Source: Spirochaetia bacterium (GTDB taxonomy: Bacteria; Spirochaetota; Spirochaetia; SZUA-6; Bin103). From it: 64,000 nucleotides of DNA. This document shows, piece after piece, positions 49,444 to 60,035 of the stretch. Numbering within the stretch: position 1 is the first letter of the stretch; each line of letters opens with the position of its first letter. The position numbers and the translations under genes were made by a program. Location of the stretch: the NCBI GenBank assembly GCA_965208575.1, contig CBDBOV010000005.1:160001-224000 (forward strand), given 5' to 3'. Below the pieces are notes generated by a model. That model was given only the letters and a program-made list of their open reading frames with translations, did not search any database and was not told the origin of the DNA.

Positions 49444-50673
49444 ATGCGAAGAAGAGCTACCCTGATTGCCGCCGCCGTCCTGGCGGGCGGCCTGATCTGC
49501 GCACAACAGCTTGTGGCGCAGCAAGTTACCCTGACCGTTTCGATAGGCGCCTCGGAGGTGCACGAGTCATGGTACCGGCTGTACGAGGAGCAGCACCCGA
49601 ACGTCAAGATCGAGAGCTTCGTGGTGCCGGGCGCCTCGATGGAGGACTTCCTGCGCGCCAGAGCCGCCGCGGGCACCCTGCCCGACCTGTTCGCGATCAA
49701 CAGCAACGCGTTCGGCCACAAGTTCATGGCGGACGGCTTCGCGGCCGACCTCGCCGACACTGCGGCCGCGGCCAACACGCTGCCGGGTCTGCGCGAACCG
49801 TTCACCACGCCGGCCGGGGAGGTGTACGGCATTCCGATCGGCACCGCCACCACCTGGATGTACTACAACCGCGACCTGATCGCGGAGGCGGGCATCGGGG
49901 CGATTCCGACCACCTGGGACGAGTTCATCGCCTCCCTCGAGAAGCTCAAGAGCAAGCGCATCGCCGGCACCATCATCGACAAGGACGGCTTCGGCAATAC
50001 CTGGTTCAGCTACATCTTCGCCCAGGAGGTGGTGCCGGGCGAACCCGACTTCGTGGCCAAGATCGAGCGCGGCGAGTTCGACTTCACGCAGCCCGGCGTG
50101 GCCGAGATCTTCGCCAAGGTGAAGTACCTGACCGACAACGGTCTGGCTCACAAGGCGTTCCTGAGCACCAACAACGCGCAGGCATCGAGCCTGTTCCTGC
50201 AGGGACGGGCGGCAACCTACTTCGCGGGGAGCTGGCAGGCAGGCCAGTTGCTCGACGGCGACATCGACGCCGACATCTTCTTCCCGGCGGTCAAGGATGC
50301 CGGCGAAGCGACCATGGGCGTACTGGTGCCGGAGACCGGCGTCGGCATCAATGCGGCGTCCGACAACCTGGATGCCGCCTTCGACCTGCTCAACTGGATG
50401 TACGGCGAAGGCTACGCGTTCTACCAGAACGGCATGGGCAACATTCCGAGCGTGATCGAGGTGATGGGCGAGGTGAAGCTCGATCCGCGCGTAATCCGGG
50501 TGCTCGACGAGGTGAAGGGCTACCCGCAGACCCGGCTGTGGTTCCAGTACCTGCCGTCGGAGACACTGCCCCTGGTCACCAAGCTGCTCGACCAGGTTCT
50601 GCTCGGCGATCTGACCCCGCAGGAGGCGGCGGAAGAACTCCACACCGCGGCCCGCGACGCCGTAATGCAGTAG
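49444..50673 (+). CDS. Carbohydrate ABC substrate-binding protein
   Basis: SD AAGGAGG, signal peptide, and YGIP...YYNRDL...PTTWDEF. Confidence 0.88.
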   Translation: MRRRATLIAAAVLAGGLICAQQLVAQQVTLTVSIGASEVHESWYRLYEEQHPNVKIESFVVPGASMEDFLRARAAAGTLPDLFAINSNAFGHKFMADGFAADLADTAAAANTLPGLREPFTTPAGEVYGIPIGTATTWMYYNRDLIAEAGIGAIPTTWDEFIASLEKLKSKRIAGTIIDKDGFGNTWFSYIFAQEVVPGEPDFVAKIERGEFDFTQPGVAEIFAKVKYLTDNGLAHKAFLSTNNAQASSLFLQGRAATYFAGSWQAGQLLDGDIDADIFFPAVKDAGEATMGVLVPETGVGINAASDNLDAAFDLLNWMYGEGYAFYQNGMGNIPSVIEVMGEVKLDPRVIRVLDEVKGYPQTRLWFQYLPSETLPLVTKLLDQVLLGDLTPQEAAEELHTAARDAVMQ

Positions 50674-50680
50674 ACTCGCG

Positions 50681-50712
50681 GAGCGCAGGGTGAGGCGCTT
50701 CACCCTGCGCTC
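50681..50712 (+). other. Intercistronic stem-loop after the SBP gene
   Basis: GAGCGCAGGGTGA / TCACCCTGCGCTC perfect 13-bp stem. Confidence 0.7.
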
Positions 50713-50718
50713 ACCCCC

Positions 50719-51612
50719 ATGCAGATTACCTATCATCAGCAGCGCTTCATCGCCGGACTGCTGTTCGTGGCGCCGGCGCTGGCCGTGGCGGTCGTGTTCT
50801 TCGTGTACCCGATCGCCCTGACCCTGCGCTACAGCTTTACCAACTGGGACGGCCTGTTTCCGCAGGCGGAGTGGGTCGGACTGAAGAACTTCGCCGTGGT
50901 GCTCGGCGAGCGTTCGATCAAGCGGGTGTTCTTCAACACCTTCTACCTGGTGGTGCTGTACGTGCCGGTGCTCAACGTCCTCGCGGTGCTGATCGCCGTG
51001 CACATCCACAACGTGGTGCGGCTCAGGAACGTCTACAAGGCGATCATGTACCTGCCGCAGATGCTGTCGCTGACCGTGGTGGGGTTCGTGTGGAAGGTGA
51101 TCTACTCCTACGACGGCGGGCTGATCAACGAGGCGATGATCCTGCTCGGCCTGGAGTGGTACACGCAGGACTGGCTCGGGCAGCGCAACACCGTGCTGCC
51201 GGCGATGAGCCTGACCATTGTCTGGTCGGCGCTCGGCTACTTCATCCTGATCTACCTGGCCGGCTTGAGCGCGATTCCGCGCGAGTTGTACGAGTCCGCC
51301 GACGTCGACGGCGCCGGCCCCTTCAAGCAGCTCGTGTTCATCACCATCCCGATGCTCGCACAGGCGATCACCATCAGCGTGACGCTGGCGGCGATCGGCA
51401 TCCTGGGCCTGTTCGACCTGCCGTTCGTGCTCACCGAAGGCGGCCCCGGCTACCTCTCGGAGACGCTCGCGCTGCGCGTCTACATGTACGCGTTCGCCCA
51501 GTTGCGCATCGACTACGGGCTGGCGATGGCGGTGATCCTGGGGGTCATCTCGGTGCTGGCGGCGCTGATTCTGCTGAAGCTGTTCCGCAAGCGGGAGGAG
51601 GTGTACGGCTGA
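50719..51612 (+). CDS. Carbohydrate ABC permease
   Basis: YLAGLSAIPRELYESADVDGA (EAA loop). Confidence 0.9.
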   Translation: MQITYHQQRFIAGLLFVAPALAVAVVFFVYPIALTLRYSFTNWDGLFPQAEWVGLKNFAVVLGERSIKRVFFNTFYLVVLYVPVLNVLAVLIAVHIHNVVRLRNVYKAIMYLPQMLSLTVVGFVWKVIYSYDGGLINEAMILLGLEWYTQDWLGQRNTVLPAMSLTIVWSALGYFILIYLAGLSAIPRELYESADVDGAGPFKQLVFITIPMLAQAITISVTLAAIGILGLFDLPFVLTEGGPGYLSETLALRVYMYAFAQLRIDYGLAMAVILGVISVLAALILLKLFRKREEVYG

Positions 51613-52451
51613 TGGCGGCGCCGGGGCATCGACGCCGCTCGCGGCTGCTGTCGAACGCGGTGCTGATCCTGTTCTGCGTGGTCACGTTCATTCCGGTGTG
51701 GTACTTCCTGAACAACGCGTTCAAGGAAGAGAAGTACGTCTACCAGAATCCGCTCACCATCACGCCGGCGCAGTTCACGACCGACAACGTGGTGCGGGCG
51801 TTCACCCACATCAAGTACGCGCGCTCGTTCCTGAACAGCTTCATCTTCGTGACCACCTCGTGCACGCTGCTGGTGTTCCTGGCGTCGCTCGCCGCCTACG
51901 CCATCGCGGTGGTCGGAGGCAAGCTGCTGGGCGCCATCTACGTCGGATTCGTGCTGATGATCACCCTGCCGTTCGGACTGGCGATGATCCCGCTGGTGTC
52001 GCTGCTGCGCGACCTGGAGCTGCTCAACACCTACCTGGGAACGTCGCTGGTCTACACCGCCACCGCCATACCGTTCGCGGTGTTCCTGTACACCGGCTAC
52101 ATCCGGACGATTCCGCGCGACTTCGAAGACGCGGCGCGGATAGACGGTTGCGGCCTGCTGCGCACCTTCGCGTCGGTGTACCTGCCGCTGCTCGGCACGG
52201 TCACCATCACGCTGCTGATTCTGCGCGGGGTGGCGATCTACAACGACCTGCTGATCCCGCTCTTGACCATCAGCGACGTGTTCAAGGTGCCGCTCTCGCT
52301 GCGGCTGTATTCGTTCGCCACCGAGCGCATCATCCAATGGGAGCTGCTGTTCGCCGGCACCTTCCTGGTGAGCATTCCGGTCATCGTGGCATTCCTGTTC
52401 CTGCAGCGGTTCATCACCAGCGACGCGATCGGCGGCGCCATCAAGGGCTGA
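51612..52451 (+). CDS. Carbohydrate ABC permease
   Basis: TIPRDFEDAARIDGC...GAIKG; ATG overlaps the upstream TGA. Confidence 0.88.
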   Translation: MAAPGHRRRSRLLSNAVLILFCVVTFIPVWYFLNNAFKEEKYVYQNPLTITPAQFTTDNVVRAFTHIKYARSFLNSFIFVTTSCTLLVFLASLAAYAIAVVGGKLLGAIYVGFVLMITLPFGLAMIPLVSLLRDLELLNTYLGTSLVYTATAIPFAVFLYTGYIRTIPRDFEDAARIDGCGLLRTFASVYLPLLGTVTITLLILRGVAIYNDLLIPLLTISDVFKVPLSLRLYSFATERIIQWELLFAGTFLVSIPVIVAFLFLQRFITSDAIGGAIKG

Positions 52452-52456
52452 GGAGC

Positions 52457-53452
52457 ATGCGCGCCTATATCATCCGGCGGCTCCTGCTCACGTTTCCGAC
52501 GCTGTTCATCGTCAGCTTCGTGATCTTCGTGGTGATCCGGTTCATGCCCGGCGACATTGTGGATGCCGAGATCTCCCAGATGCAGGAGATCGGCGTATCG
52601 CAGGCATCGCTGGAAGAAGCGCGCGGCGAGCTGATGAAGAAGTACGGGCTCGACGTGCCGATCTACGCCCAGTACGGCCGCTGGATCGGCGCGTATCCGC
52701 AGGCGGACGGCACCGTGAGCGGACTCCTGCAGGGCGACTTCGGCACCTCGTTCCGGCGCCACACGCCGGTGCTGCGCGACATCGCGATCCGGTGGCCGGT
52801 TACCCTGGAGCTCGGCCTGATCGCGTTCGTGATCGCGAACCTGATCTCACTGCCGATCGGCGTCTACTCCGCGCTGCGCCAGGACACCGTCAGCGACTAC
52901 CTGGTGCGCAGCTTCGCCATCATGTGCATGGCCGTGCCGAGCTTCTGGCTGGGCACCATGATCGTCGTGTTCCCGTCGCTGTGGTGGGGCTACTCGCCGC
53001 CGATCATGTACAGCAGGCTGATCGAGGATCCGCTGGCAAACCTGGAGATGTTCTTCATCCCCGCGGTCGTGCTCGGGCTGGCCATGACCGGCGGCACCAT
53101 GCGCATGACGCGCACCATGATGCTGGAGGTGCTGCGCCAGGACTACGTGCGCACGGCATGGGCGAAGGGACTGAAGGAACGCGCGGTGGTGATGCGGCAC
53201 GCGATCAAGAACGCGTTCATTCCGGTAATCACCCTGATCGGCTACACGCTGCCGGTGATGATCGGCGGCGCGGTGATCATCGAGCAGATCTTCAGCCTGC
53301 CGGGCATGGGGCGGCTGCTGGTGGACGCCACCCTGACCCGCGACTACACGGTGGTGAGCGGCATCATGCTGGTGTTCGGCCTCGGCATGGTGCTGATCAA
53401 CCTGGCCGTCGACCTGACCTACGGCTTCCTGAACCCGAAGGTGCGTCCGTGA
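52457..53452 (+). CDS. DppB-like permease
   Basis: SD GAGGAG; MRAYIIRRLLL...QDYVRTAWAKG. Confidence 0.9.
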   Translation: MRAYIIRRLLLTFPTLFIVSFVIFVVIRFMPGDIVDAEISQMQEIGVSQASLEEARGELMKKYGLDVPIYAQYGRWIGAYPQADGTVSGLLQGDFGTSFRRHTPVLRDIAIRWPVTLELGLIAFVIANLISLPIGVYSALRQDTVSDYLVRSFAIMCMAVPSFWLGTMIVVFPSLWWGYSPPIMYSRLIEDPLANLEMFFIPAVVLGLAMTGGTMRMTRTMMLEVLRQDYVRTAWAKGLKERAVVMRHAIKNAFIPVITLIGYTLPVMIGGAVIIEQIFSLPGMGRLLVDATLTRDYTVVSGIMLVFGLGMVLINLAVDLTYGFLNPKVRP

Positions 53453-54384
53453 GCGAAGCGGCCACCGACGTTGCCGGCGGCGGCGCGCGTGCCGGGACGC
53501 GGTTTCTCAGGCGGCTGGTCACCGAGAAGCCGCTCGGCACGGTGGGCGCGGCGATCACGGTGCTGCTGCTGCTGACCGGCATCTTCGCCGACCTGCTGGC
53601 GCCGTACGGCTTCAACGAGACCGAGGTGGGCGATTTCCTGCAGCCGCCGTCCGGGCAGTTCTGGCTGGGCACCGACAACCTGGGCCGCGACGTGCTCAGC
53701 CGCGTCATCTACGGCGCCCGCATCTCGATGATCGTGGGCATCGCGGCGACCGCGGTGAGCACGCTGATCGCGACCGTCATCGGCGTGCTGTGCGGCTACC
53801 TGGGCGGCAAGTTCGACCTGGTCGTGCAGCGCTTCGTCGATGGCTGGATGTGCCTGCCCTACCTGCCGATCCTGATGGTGGTGATGGCGATCGTCGGCCC
53901 GGGCATGCTGGGGCTGATCATCGTGATGGGGGTGTCGGGCGGCATCGGCGGCTCGCGCTTCTCGCGCAGCGTGGTGATCAACATCAAGGAGAACTCCTAC
54001 CTGGAGGCTTCGATCGCCATCGGCGGGTCGACGTCGCGAGTGCTGCTGAGGCATATCCTGCCCAACATCCTGGCGCCGATCATCATCAGCTTTTCGCTGG
54101 CCGTGCCGGGGGTTATCCTGGGCGAGGCGTCGCTCAGCTTCCTGGGGTTCGGCATACCGCCGCCGGCGCCGAGCTGGGGCGGCATGCTGAGCGGCAGCGG
54201 CCGCCGGTTCATGTTCAATGCGCCGTGGATGGTGATCTGGCCGGGGCTGGCGTTGAGCATCGTCGTGTACGGCGTCAACATGTTCGGCGACGCGGTGCGC
54301 GACCTGCTCGACCCCCGGCTGCGCGGCGGCGCCGGCAGTTACCGCGGCCAGGCAACAAAGCGGGGCCGCGGCAGATCAGATTGA
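53449..54384 (+). CDS. DppC-like permease
   Basis: GTG overlapping the upstream stop; LGTDNLGRD...HILPNI. Confidence 0.88.
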   Translation: MSEAATDVAGGGARAGTRFLRRLVTEKPLGTVGAAITVLLLLTGIFADLLAPYGFNETEVGDFLQPPSGQFWLGTDNLGRDVLSRVIYGARISMIVGIAATAVSTLIATVIGVLCGYLGGKFDLVVQRFVDGWMCLPYLPILMVVMAIVGPGMLGLIIVMGVSGGIGGSRFSRSVVINIKENSYLEASIAIGGSTSRVLLRHILPNILAPIIISFSLAVPGVILGEASLSFLGFGIPPPAPSWGGMLSGSGRRFMFNAPWMVIWPGLALSIVVYGVNMFGDAVRDLLDPRLRGGAGSYRGQATKRGRGRSD

Positions 54385-54430
54385 CAACACACCGCATACT
54401 CTACGAATTTTATGCGGAGAGGAGGTTCCA

Positions 54431-56164
54431 ATGAAACGAATCGTGGTGCTTAGTCTGGCACTGGCGATCATGGGGCTGCCCGCATTCGCCGCGGGCGAGG
54501 CCGAGACGAGTGAGGCAGAGGCGACTGCCGGCGGGCCGCAGTACGGCGGCACCCTTACCCTGGGCTACGCCGACCTGGATCCGCCGACCGCGGACGTGGT
54601 GGAGGGCCGCTGGCCGACCACCAAGTACACCAGCTTCGTGCTGGACTACCTGCTCACGGCGGACATCGACAAGTTCGGACCGCGAGGGGCCAACAATCAT
54701 GCCTTTACCGCGCCGCTCAGCGTGCCGGAGGAGTTTACCCGGGGCGGCGTGATCGAGGACTGGGAGATCACTTCCGACAAGCTGATCTTCCGCATCCGCC
54801 CCGGCGTGCAGTGGGCCGCGGTCGGCAAGGAGCACGTCATGGAGTCGCGCGAGTTCGTGGCCGAGGACATCGTGTTCAGCCTGATGCGGTTCTGGACCGC
54901 ACCCGCCATGGGATGGCTGGAAACCAACGAGTTCCCGGACTGGCTGGTCGGCATGTACGCGGAGGACAAGTACACCTTCGTGGTCGAGTTCAAGTACTTC
55001 AACGCCGTGTGGCGGGGACGCCTCGGCTCCGGCTGGGCCAACGACCTGTACGCGCCGGAGGTGGTCGAGGCAGGCGCCCACGACTGGGCCAACCTGGTCG
55101 GCACCGGACCGTTCATGGTGAAACAGTACGTGCAGGGTTCGGCCATGGTGTACGAGAAGAATCCGATCTTCTACGACACCACCACCATCGACGGCGTCGA
55201 GTACGAACTGCCGTTCGTGGACGAGATCGTGCTGCCGATCATACCGGACGAGTCGACCCGTATCGCCTCGCTGCGCACCGGCAAGATCGACTACATGGGC
55301 GGCTACCTGGCGCCGGTGCCGATCCACTACCGGGACACGCTGAGCAAGACCGAGCACCTGATGGTGGAGTCGGTGAAGGGAAGCTGGGCGCACACGCTGT
55401 CGTTCGCCATGGAGGAGAAGACGCGCGGACGGCCGGGCACCGAAATCGCCGACAACGTACTGCTGCGCCGGGCGCTGACGATCGGCACCGACCGCGAAGC
55501 GATCGCGCGGGCCACGTTCTTCGAAGCGGACATCCACAGTTGGCCGGTGAGCGACAAGAACGCGGCCGCGTTCATTCCCATGGATCAGTTGCCGGCATCG
55601 TCGCAGGAACTGTTCGAGTACAACCCCGAGAAGGCGAAGCAGCTTATCGCCGAGGCGGGATACCCGAACGGGTTTACCGTGATCGCGCCGGTGAATGCGG
55701 CGGATACCACGCGCGTCGACATGCTGAGCCAGATCGCCGACCAGTGGAGCAAGATCGGCGTGACGGTCGACATGCGCCCCATGGAGTCCGCGGCGCTGAG
55801 CGAGTTCATGCGGCGCGGGGAAGACATCGCGCCCAACTTCGACATGTGGCTGCACGGCGAGTACAACATCGATCCGCTGATCACCATCGGCGGGCGCTTC
55901 GGGCACTACTTCCACGAGGACTTCCTGGCAGCCAAGCAGACGCCGGAGGGCGAAGCGCGCATGGCGATTCTCAGGGACATCGCCGCGCGGGCCATCGACG
56001 AGGTGGTGCCGGGCATACCGCTCGGTACGCCGTATCAACTGCGCGTCACCTGGCCGTGGGTCAAGAACTGGTATGGCGAGACCGAGGAGAGCGCCTGGGG
56101 AACGGCTCACATCAACGCCCGCATCTGGATCGACCAGGACCTCAAGAATAGCCTGGGCTACTGA
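54431..56164 (+). CDS. DppA-like substrate-binding protein
   Basis: SD AGGAGG; MKRIVVLSLAL...PQYGG...VGTGPF. Confidence 0.9.
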   Translation: MKRIVVLSLALAIMGLPAFAAGEAETSEAEATAGGPQYGGTLTLGYADLDPPTADVVEGRWPTTKYTSFVLDYLLTADIDKFGPRGANNHAFTAPLSVPEEFTRGGVIEDWEITSDKLIFRIRPGVQWAAVGKEHVMESREFVAEDIVFSLMRFWTAPAMGWLETNEFPDWLVGMYAEDKYTFVVEFKYFNAVWRGRLGSGWANDLYAPEVVEAGAHDWANLVGTGPFMVKQYVQGSAMVYEKNPIFYDTTTIDGVEYELPFVDEIVLPIIPDESTRIASLRTGKIDYMGGYLAPVPIHYRDTLSKTEHLMVESVKGSWAHTLSFAMEEKTRGRPGTEIADNVLLRRALTIGTDREAIARATFFEADIHSWPVSDKNAAAFIPMDQLPASSQELFEYNPEKAKQLIAEAGYPNGFTVIAPVNAADTTRVDMLSQIADQWSKIGVTVDMRPMESAALSEFMRRGEDIAPNFDMWLHGEYNIDPLITIGGRFGHYFHEDFLAAKQTPEGEARMAILRDIAARAIDEVVPGIPLGTPYQLRVTWPWVKNWYGETEESAWGTAHINARIWIDQDLKNSLGY

Positions 56165-56234
56165 TCCGCCGCATCGGGCCGCGGCCTTCGCTGCGCAACC
56201 GCGCGGCGGCCGCGGCCCGGGCGGGAGTGACGGC

Positions 56235-57128
56235 ATGAAGTTCGGCTGGATCCTCCCCAACAACTGGGGTGTACCGCGCGCCGCGGACGTGATCGACCTG
56301 GGCGTGCGGGCAGAGGCGCTCGGCTACCACGCGGTGTGGGTCAATCACCATGTACTCAACGTGGGCTACGTCGGGGAGCGCCTCGGCGACCGCCCCTACT
56401 ACGACGCCCTGACCACCCTGACCTGGATCGCCGCCCGCACCGAACGGCTGCGGCTCGGCACCTCCGTGCTGGTGCTCCCCTACCTTCACCCGATGGTGCT
56501 CGCCAAGGCGGTCGCCACGCTCGACGTGTTGTGCGGCGGACGGGTGACCCTGGGCGTCGGAGTGGGGAGCCTGCCGGCCGAGAACCGCGCGCTGGGCAGC
56601 GACTACGCGACCCGCGGCGCCTACGCCAGCGAATCGATCGCCGTGATGCGGGAGCTGTGGACCGCACCGGAGCCGTCGTTCACCGGCCGCTTCTTCCGGT
56701 TCGACGGTGCCAGGTTCTCACCCAAGCCGCTGCAGCCGGGCGGCGTGCCGATCCTGGTCGGCGGCGGCAGCCGCGCCGCGCTGCTGCGCTGCGCCCGCCT
56801 CGGCGACGGCTGGCACCCGATGGACGCCCCGCTCCCTCGCCTGCGCGACCGCGTGAACGAGTTGCGGCGAATGTGGGCCGAGCAGGGACGCGGCAGCGCC
56901 CCGCCGCGGATAGTCGCCCGCTGCGAAGTGGACCTGCTGGACGAGCCCGCGGTAGACCGTTCTGCCCCGCTGGTGGGAACCGCCGAGCAACTGCTCAAAT
57001 CAATCGCCGAGTACCAGCAGATCGGCGTGTCCGAACTGGCGCTGTCCACCAGCACCGCCGACGTCGACCACATCCGCCGCCTCCAGGAGCAATTCGCCTC
57101 CCACGTGATCCCGCACGCGACATCGTAG
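56235..57128 (+). CDS. LLM-class (F420/flavin-dependent) oxidoreductase
   Basis: AEALGYHAVWVNHH...RLGTSVLVLPY.HP..LAK..ATLD...PKPLQ. Confidence 0.88.
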   Translation: MKFGWILPNNWGVPRAADVIDLGVRAEALGYHAVWVNHHVLNVGYVGERLGDRPYYDALTTLTWIAARTERLRLGTSVLVLPYLHPMVLAKAVATLDVLCGGRVTLGVGVGSLPAENRALGSDYATRGAYASESIAVMRELWTAPEPSFTGRFFRFDGARFSPKPLQPGGVPILVGGGSRAALLRCARLGDGWHPMDAPLPRLRDRVNELRRMWAEQGRGSAPPRIVARCEVDLLDEPAVDRSAPLVGTAEQLLKSIAEYQQIGVSELALSTSTADVDHIRRLQEQFASHVIPHATS

Positions 57129-57420
57129 CGGCTCATCCCAACCGGGCGCCGCCTCGCTGTCGGTGTCAGTGCTCTGACCACGGGGTTTGGATCGATAAGG
57201 GCCGAAATATTGCAAATTTCTCCGGTTTGGGGGTTGACACGGTTTGGCCCGTCCGATTCGGACACATGCTCGACCCTGCCACAATCCTGCCGAGGACACG
57301 CGTAGCCGGCGCCCTCGCGGCTCGGGCTCCCGAATTGGCTTCGAATGCCAGAATCCGCCAGCCGGCGCCGCCACGGGCGTTCACAGGCGGTGCGAAATCC
57401 GGGTGTACGATAGCCCCAAC

Positions 57421-59346
57421 ATGGAACACGAAACGATCACTGGTGCTCGACAAGCGACGGCCGTGGCGACTCCCGACCGGGCGGAACAGCCCGCGGGGGG
57501 CTCGGTCGCGGCTACCGCGGTTCCGCCCGCGGCCCGCACGCTTCCCAACATGCCAGGGATGCAACCGGACCCGGCCCAGCCGCCGGATATGGAATGTCTC
57601 GGCGACCAGATCGCCGAGCTGTCGGCGCGTATCGACGCAGCTACGTACGAGTTGCTGTGCTACCTGCGGGAGTTCGACCGCGGGTACGGCTGGGAGGGCT
57701 TTCGCTCCTGCGCCCACTGGCTCAACTGGCGCACCGGCCTCGCCCTCGGCGCTGCGCGCGAGAAACTGCGCGTTGCCACCGCTCTGGCCGACCTGAACCA
57801 CGTTGCCGCGGCCATGGCGCGCGGCCAGTTGTCCTACTCCAAGGTACGCGCCCTGACCCGGGTGGCGACGCCGGCCACCGAAGCGTACCTGCTGGCGGTG
57901 GCCCTCGGCTCCACGGCCGCGCAGGTGGAGCGGCTGGTGCGGGCGTGGCGGCGGGCGGACCGGGACGCGTCGCCGGATGCCGAGCGGGAACGCCTGGCCA
58001 GCCGGACGCTGAACATGCAGGTGGACGAGGACGGCATGGTGGCTATACGCGGGCGGCTGACGCCGGAGGTGGGAGCGGTGCTGCTGCGCGCCGTGGAGGC
58101 GGCGCTGGAGCAGGTTCCTGCGAGCGAGGCGGGCGACAGGGACGAGGCGGACGCCGAGACCACGATTGCGCAGCGGCGGGCCGATGCGCTGGGGCTGGTG
58201 GCCGAGGGTGCGCTGGCCGGCGGGCTCGATCCGGGCAACTCCGCCGACCGCTTCCAAGTGACGGTACACGTGCAGGCCGGCACCCTCGCCTCACGTGAGC
58301 CAGACGTCGGGGCGCCACGCGCCTCCGCCGAAGCGCCGACTCCCGGTCCGGCTGCGTCAGTGCCGCTCCCGGCTGTCGCGGACCCGGTGCCGCACGCTTC
58401 CGAGGAAACACCCGAGGTCAAGCCGGCAGCGCTGGAGGCGCGCGTTTCCGCGGGAACGTGGGATGCCAACTCCACGGCGCCGGAACCGGCTGTTCCGGCG
58501 CAGGGCCTTGTCGCCGCGTACTCGGATAGCCGTTGCGCAGGCTCGGCGGTTCGGCCGCCACTCTGCGACGGGTCTCCTTCGACAGACGCGTCGTTACGGC
58601 ACCCCCATGAACTCGACAACCACGAAGACCGACGTTCGGGAAGCGCCGGCTGGCCGTCACCTTCGGAACAGGCGACGTTCGGCACGGCCCACGTTTCCGC
58701 GGGAACGTTCGCGGTCGGCGAGGCGGTCGGAGGACCGCCGGCTCCGGACGCTGATCTGGACGCCGGTCAGGCGGTCATCGAGCAGGCGGGCGGGCTCCAC
58801 CTGGGCAGGGAGGCGGCCCGCCGCGTCGCCTGCGATGCCGGCGTCGTGGTGCTGCTGCAGGACGCCGACGGCGAGGTGCTGGACGTCGGGCGCAGGACGC
58901 GCGCCATCCCGAGCGCACTGCGCCGCGCGTTGCTGAGCCGGGACCGCAGCCAGTGCCGGTTCCCGGGCTGCGAGTCGCGCCACTGCGACGCCCATCACGT
59001 CGAGCACTGGGCGGACGGCGGGGAGACCCGGCTGACCAATTTGGTCAGTCTGTGCCGATTCCACCACAGAGCGGTGCACGAGGAGGGCTTCCGAGTGGTT
59101 CCGGCGGAGGTCGAAGGGCAGTTCCGGTTCCTGCGCCCGAACGGGGAGCCGCTGCCGGCGCAGCCGTCGCTGGCGTACTGGCAGGGGGCGCCACTGGCGC
59201 CGACCGATGAGCGCCTGGCGGCGGCCGGCATCAGCATCGGCCCGCACACGGCTACCCCGGAGTGGTACGGGGAGCCGCTTGATCTGCAAGCCGCGCTGGA
59301 CGTGTTGTGGGAGCCGCCGGCTGCCTTGGCGGGCGTCTCACCGTAG
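57421..59346 (+). CDS. DUF222 + HNH endonuclease (13E12/Rv1128c-like)
   Basis: GFRSCAHWLNWRTG...LSYSKVRALTR...RRVACDA...RDRSQCRFPGC...DAHHVEHWADGGET...LCRFHH. The start codon is uncertain. Confidence 0.85.
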   Translation: MEHETITGARQATAVATPDRAEQPAGGSVAATAVPPAARTLPNMPGMQPDPAQPPDMECLGDQIAELSARIDAATYELLCYLREFDRGYGWEGFRSCAHWLNWRTGLALGAAREKLRVATALADLNHVAAAMARGQLSYSKVRALTRVATPATEAYLLAVALGSTAAQVERLVRAWRRADRDASPDAERERLASRTLNMQVDEDGMVAIRGRLTPEVGAVLLRAVEAALEQVPASEAGDRDEADAETTIAQRRADALGLVAEGALAGGLDPGNSADRFQVTVHVQAGTLASREPDVGAPRASAEAPTPGPAASVPLPAVADPVPHASEETPEVKPAALEARVSAGTWDANSTAPEPAVPAQGLVAAYSDSRCAGSAVRPPLCDGSPSTDASLRHPHELDNHEDRRSGSAGWPSPSEQATFGTAHVSAGTFAVGEAVGGPPAPDADLDAGQAVIEQAGGLHLGREAARRVACDAGVVVLLQDADGEVLDVGRRTRAIPSALRRALLSRDRSQCRFPGCESRHCDAHHVEHWADGGETRLTNLVSLCRFHHRAVHEEGFRVVPAEVEGQFRFLRPNGEPLPAQPSLAYWQGAPLAPTDERLAAAGISIGPHTATPEWYGEPLDLQAALDVLWEPPAALAGVSP

Positions 59347-59405
59347 CAGGCCACTGCGGCGCTTCAGCAGTCGCGGCAGGCGCCAGACTCGTCACCGTAG
59401 CCTCG

Positions 59406-60035
59406 TCAGCCGCCTTGAGGGCTACTCTCGGGCATCACGCCGGCGGTGCGCAGGGCTTGTTGCAGGGTGTTGGTGTCGCGGAAGAGGTGGGCTTGGAAGC
59501 CGAAGGCGGCTGCGCCGGCGACGTTGTCAGGGCGGTCGTCGACGAAAAACACTTGTTCGGGGGAGCAGCCGCAGCGGCGCAGGGCATGCTCGTAGAAGCA
59601 GGCGGAGGGCTTGGGGCAGCCGATGGCCGAGGAGTTGACGATGAAGTCGAACGCGGCGGCGATGCGCAGGCGGGAGAGGTCGTCGGCCAGCCTGGTCGTG
59701 GCGTTGGAGACCAGACCGAGCGGGACGGCGGAGCGCGCGGACTGCAGCACAGCCAGGGTACCGGTGTGCACCTCGCCGGCGCCCATCGACCATTGCGCTA
59801 CCGCGGCGGCAGAGGCCGCGGGATCGAACCGGGTGCCGAGCCGTGCGGCGATCCGCTTGCGCCACTCGGCGTCCGTTACGACTCCGGTAATCGCGTCGGT
59901 CAGGAGCGTCTCGTGGAACGCCGCGCGCGCCATACTGCCTCGTGGCAACCCGTGCGCGTCTTCGACCGATGAGAATTGCGTAGCCGGCCAGCGGCGAACC
60001 ACGCCGTCCAGATCGGTCAGCACCGCCCGAATCAT
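59406..60035 (-). CDS. HAD-family hydrolase
   Basis: DLDGV...VSN...KP...FVDD. Confidence 0.85.
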   Translation of the reverse strand: MIRAVLTDLDGVVRRWPATQFSSVEDAHGLPRGSMARAAFHETLLTDAITGVVTDAEWRKRIAARLGTRFDPAASAAAVAQWSMGAGEVHTGTLAVLQSARSAVPLGLVSNATTRLADDLSRLRIAAAFDFIVNSSAIGCPKPSACFYEHALRRCGCSPEQVFFVDDRPDNVAGAAAFGFQAHLFRDTNTLQQALRTAGVMPESSPQGG

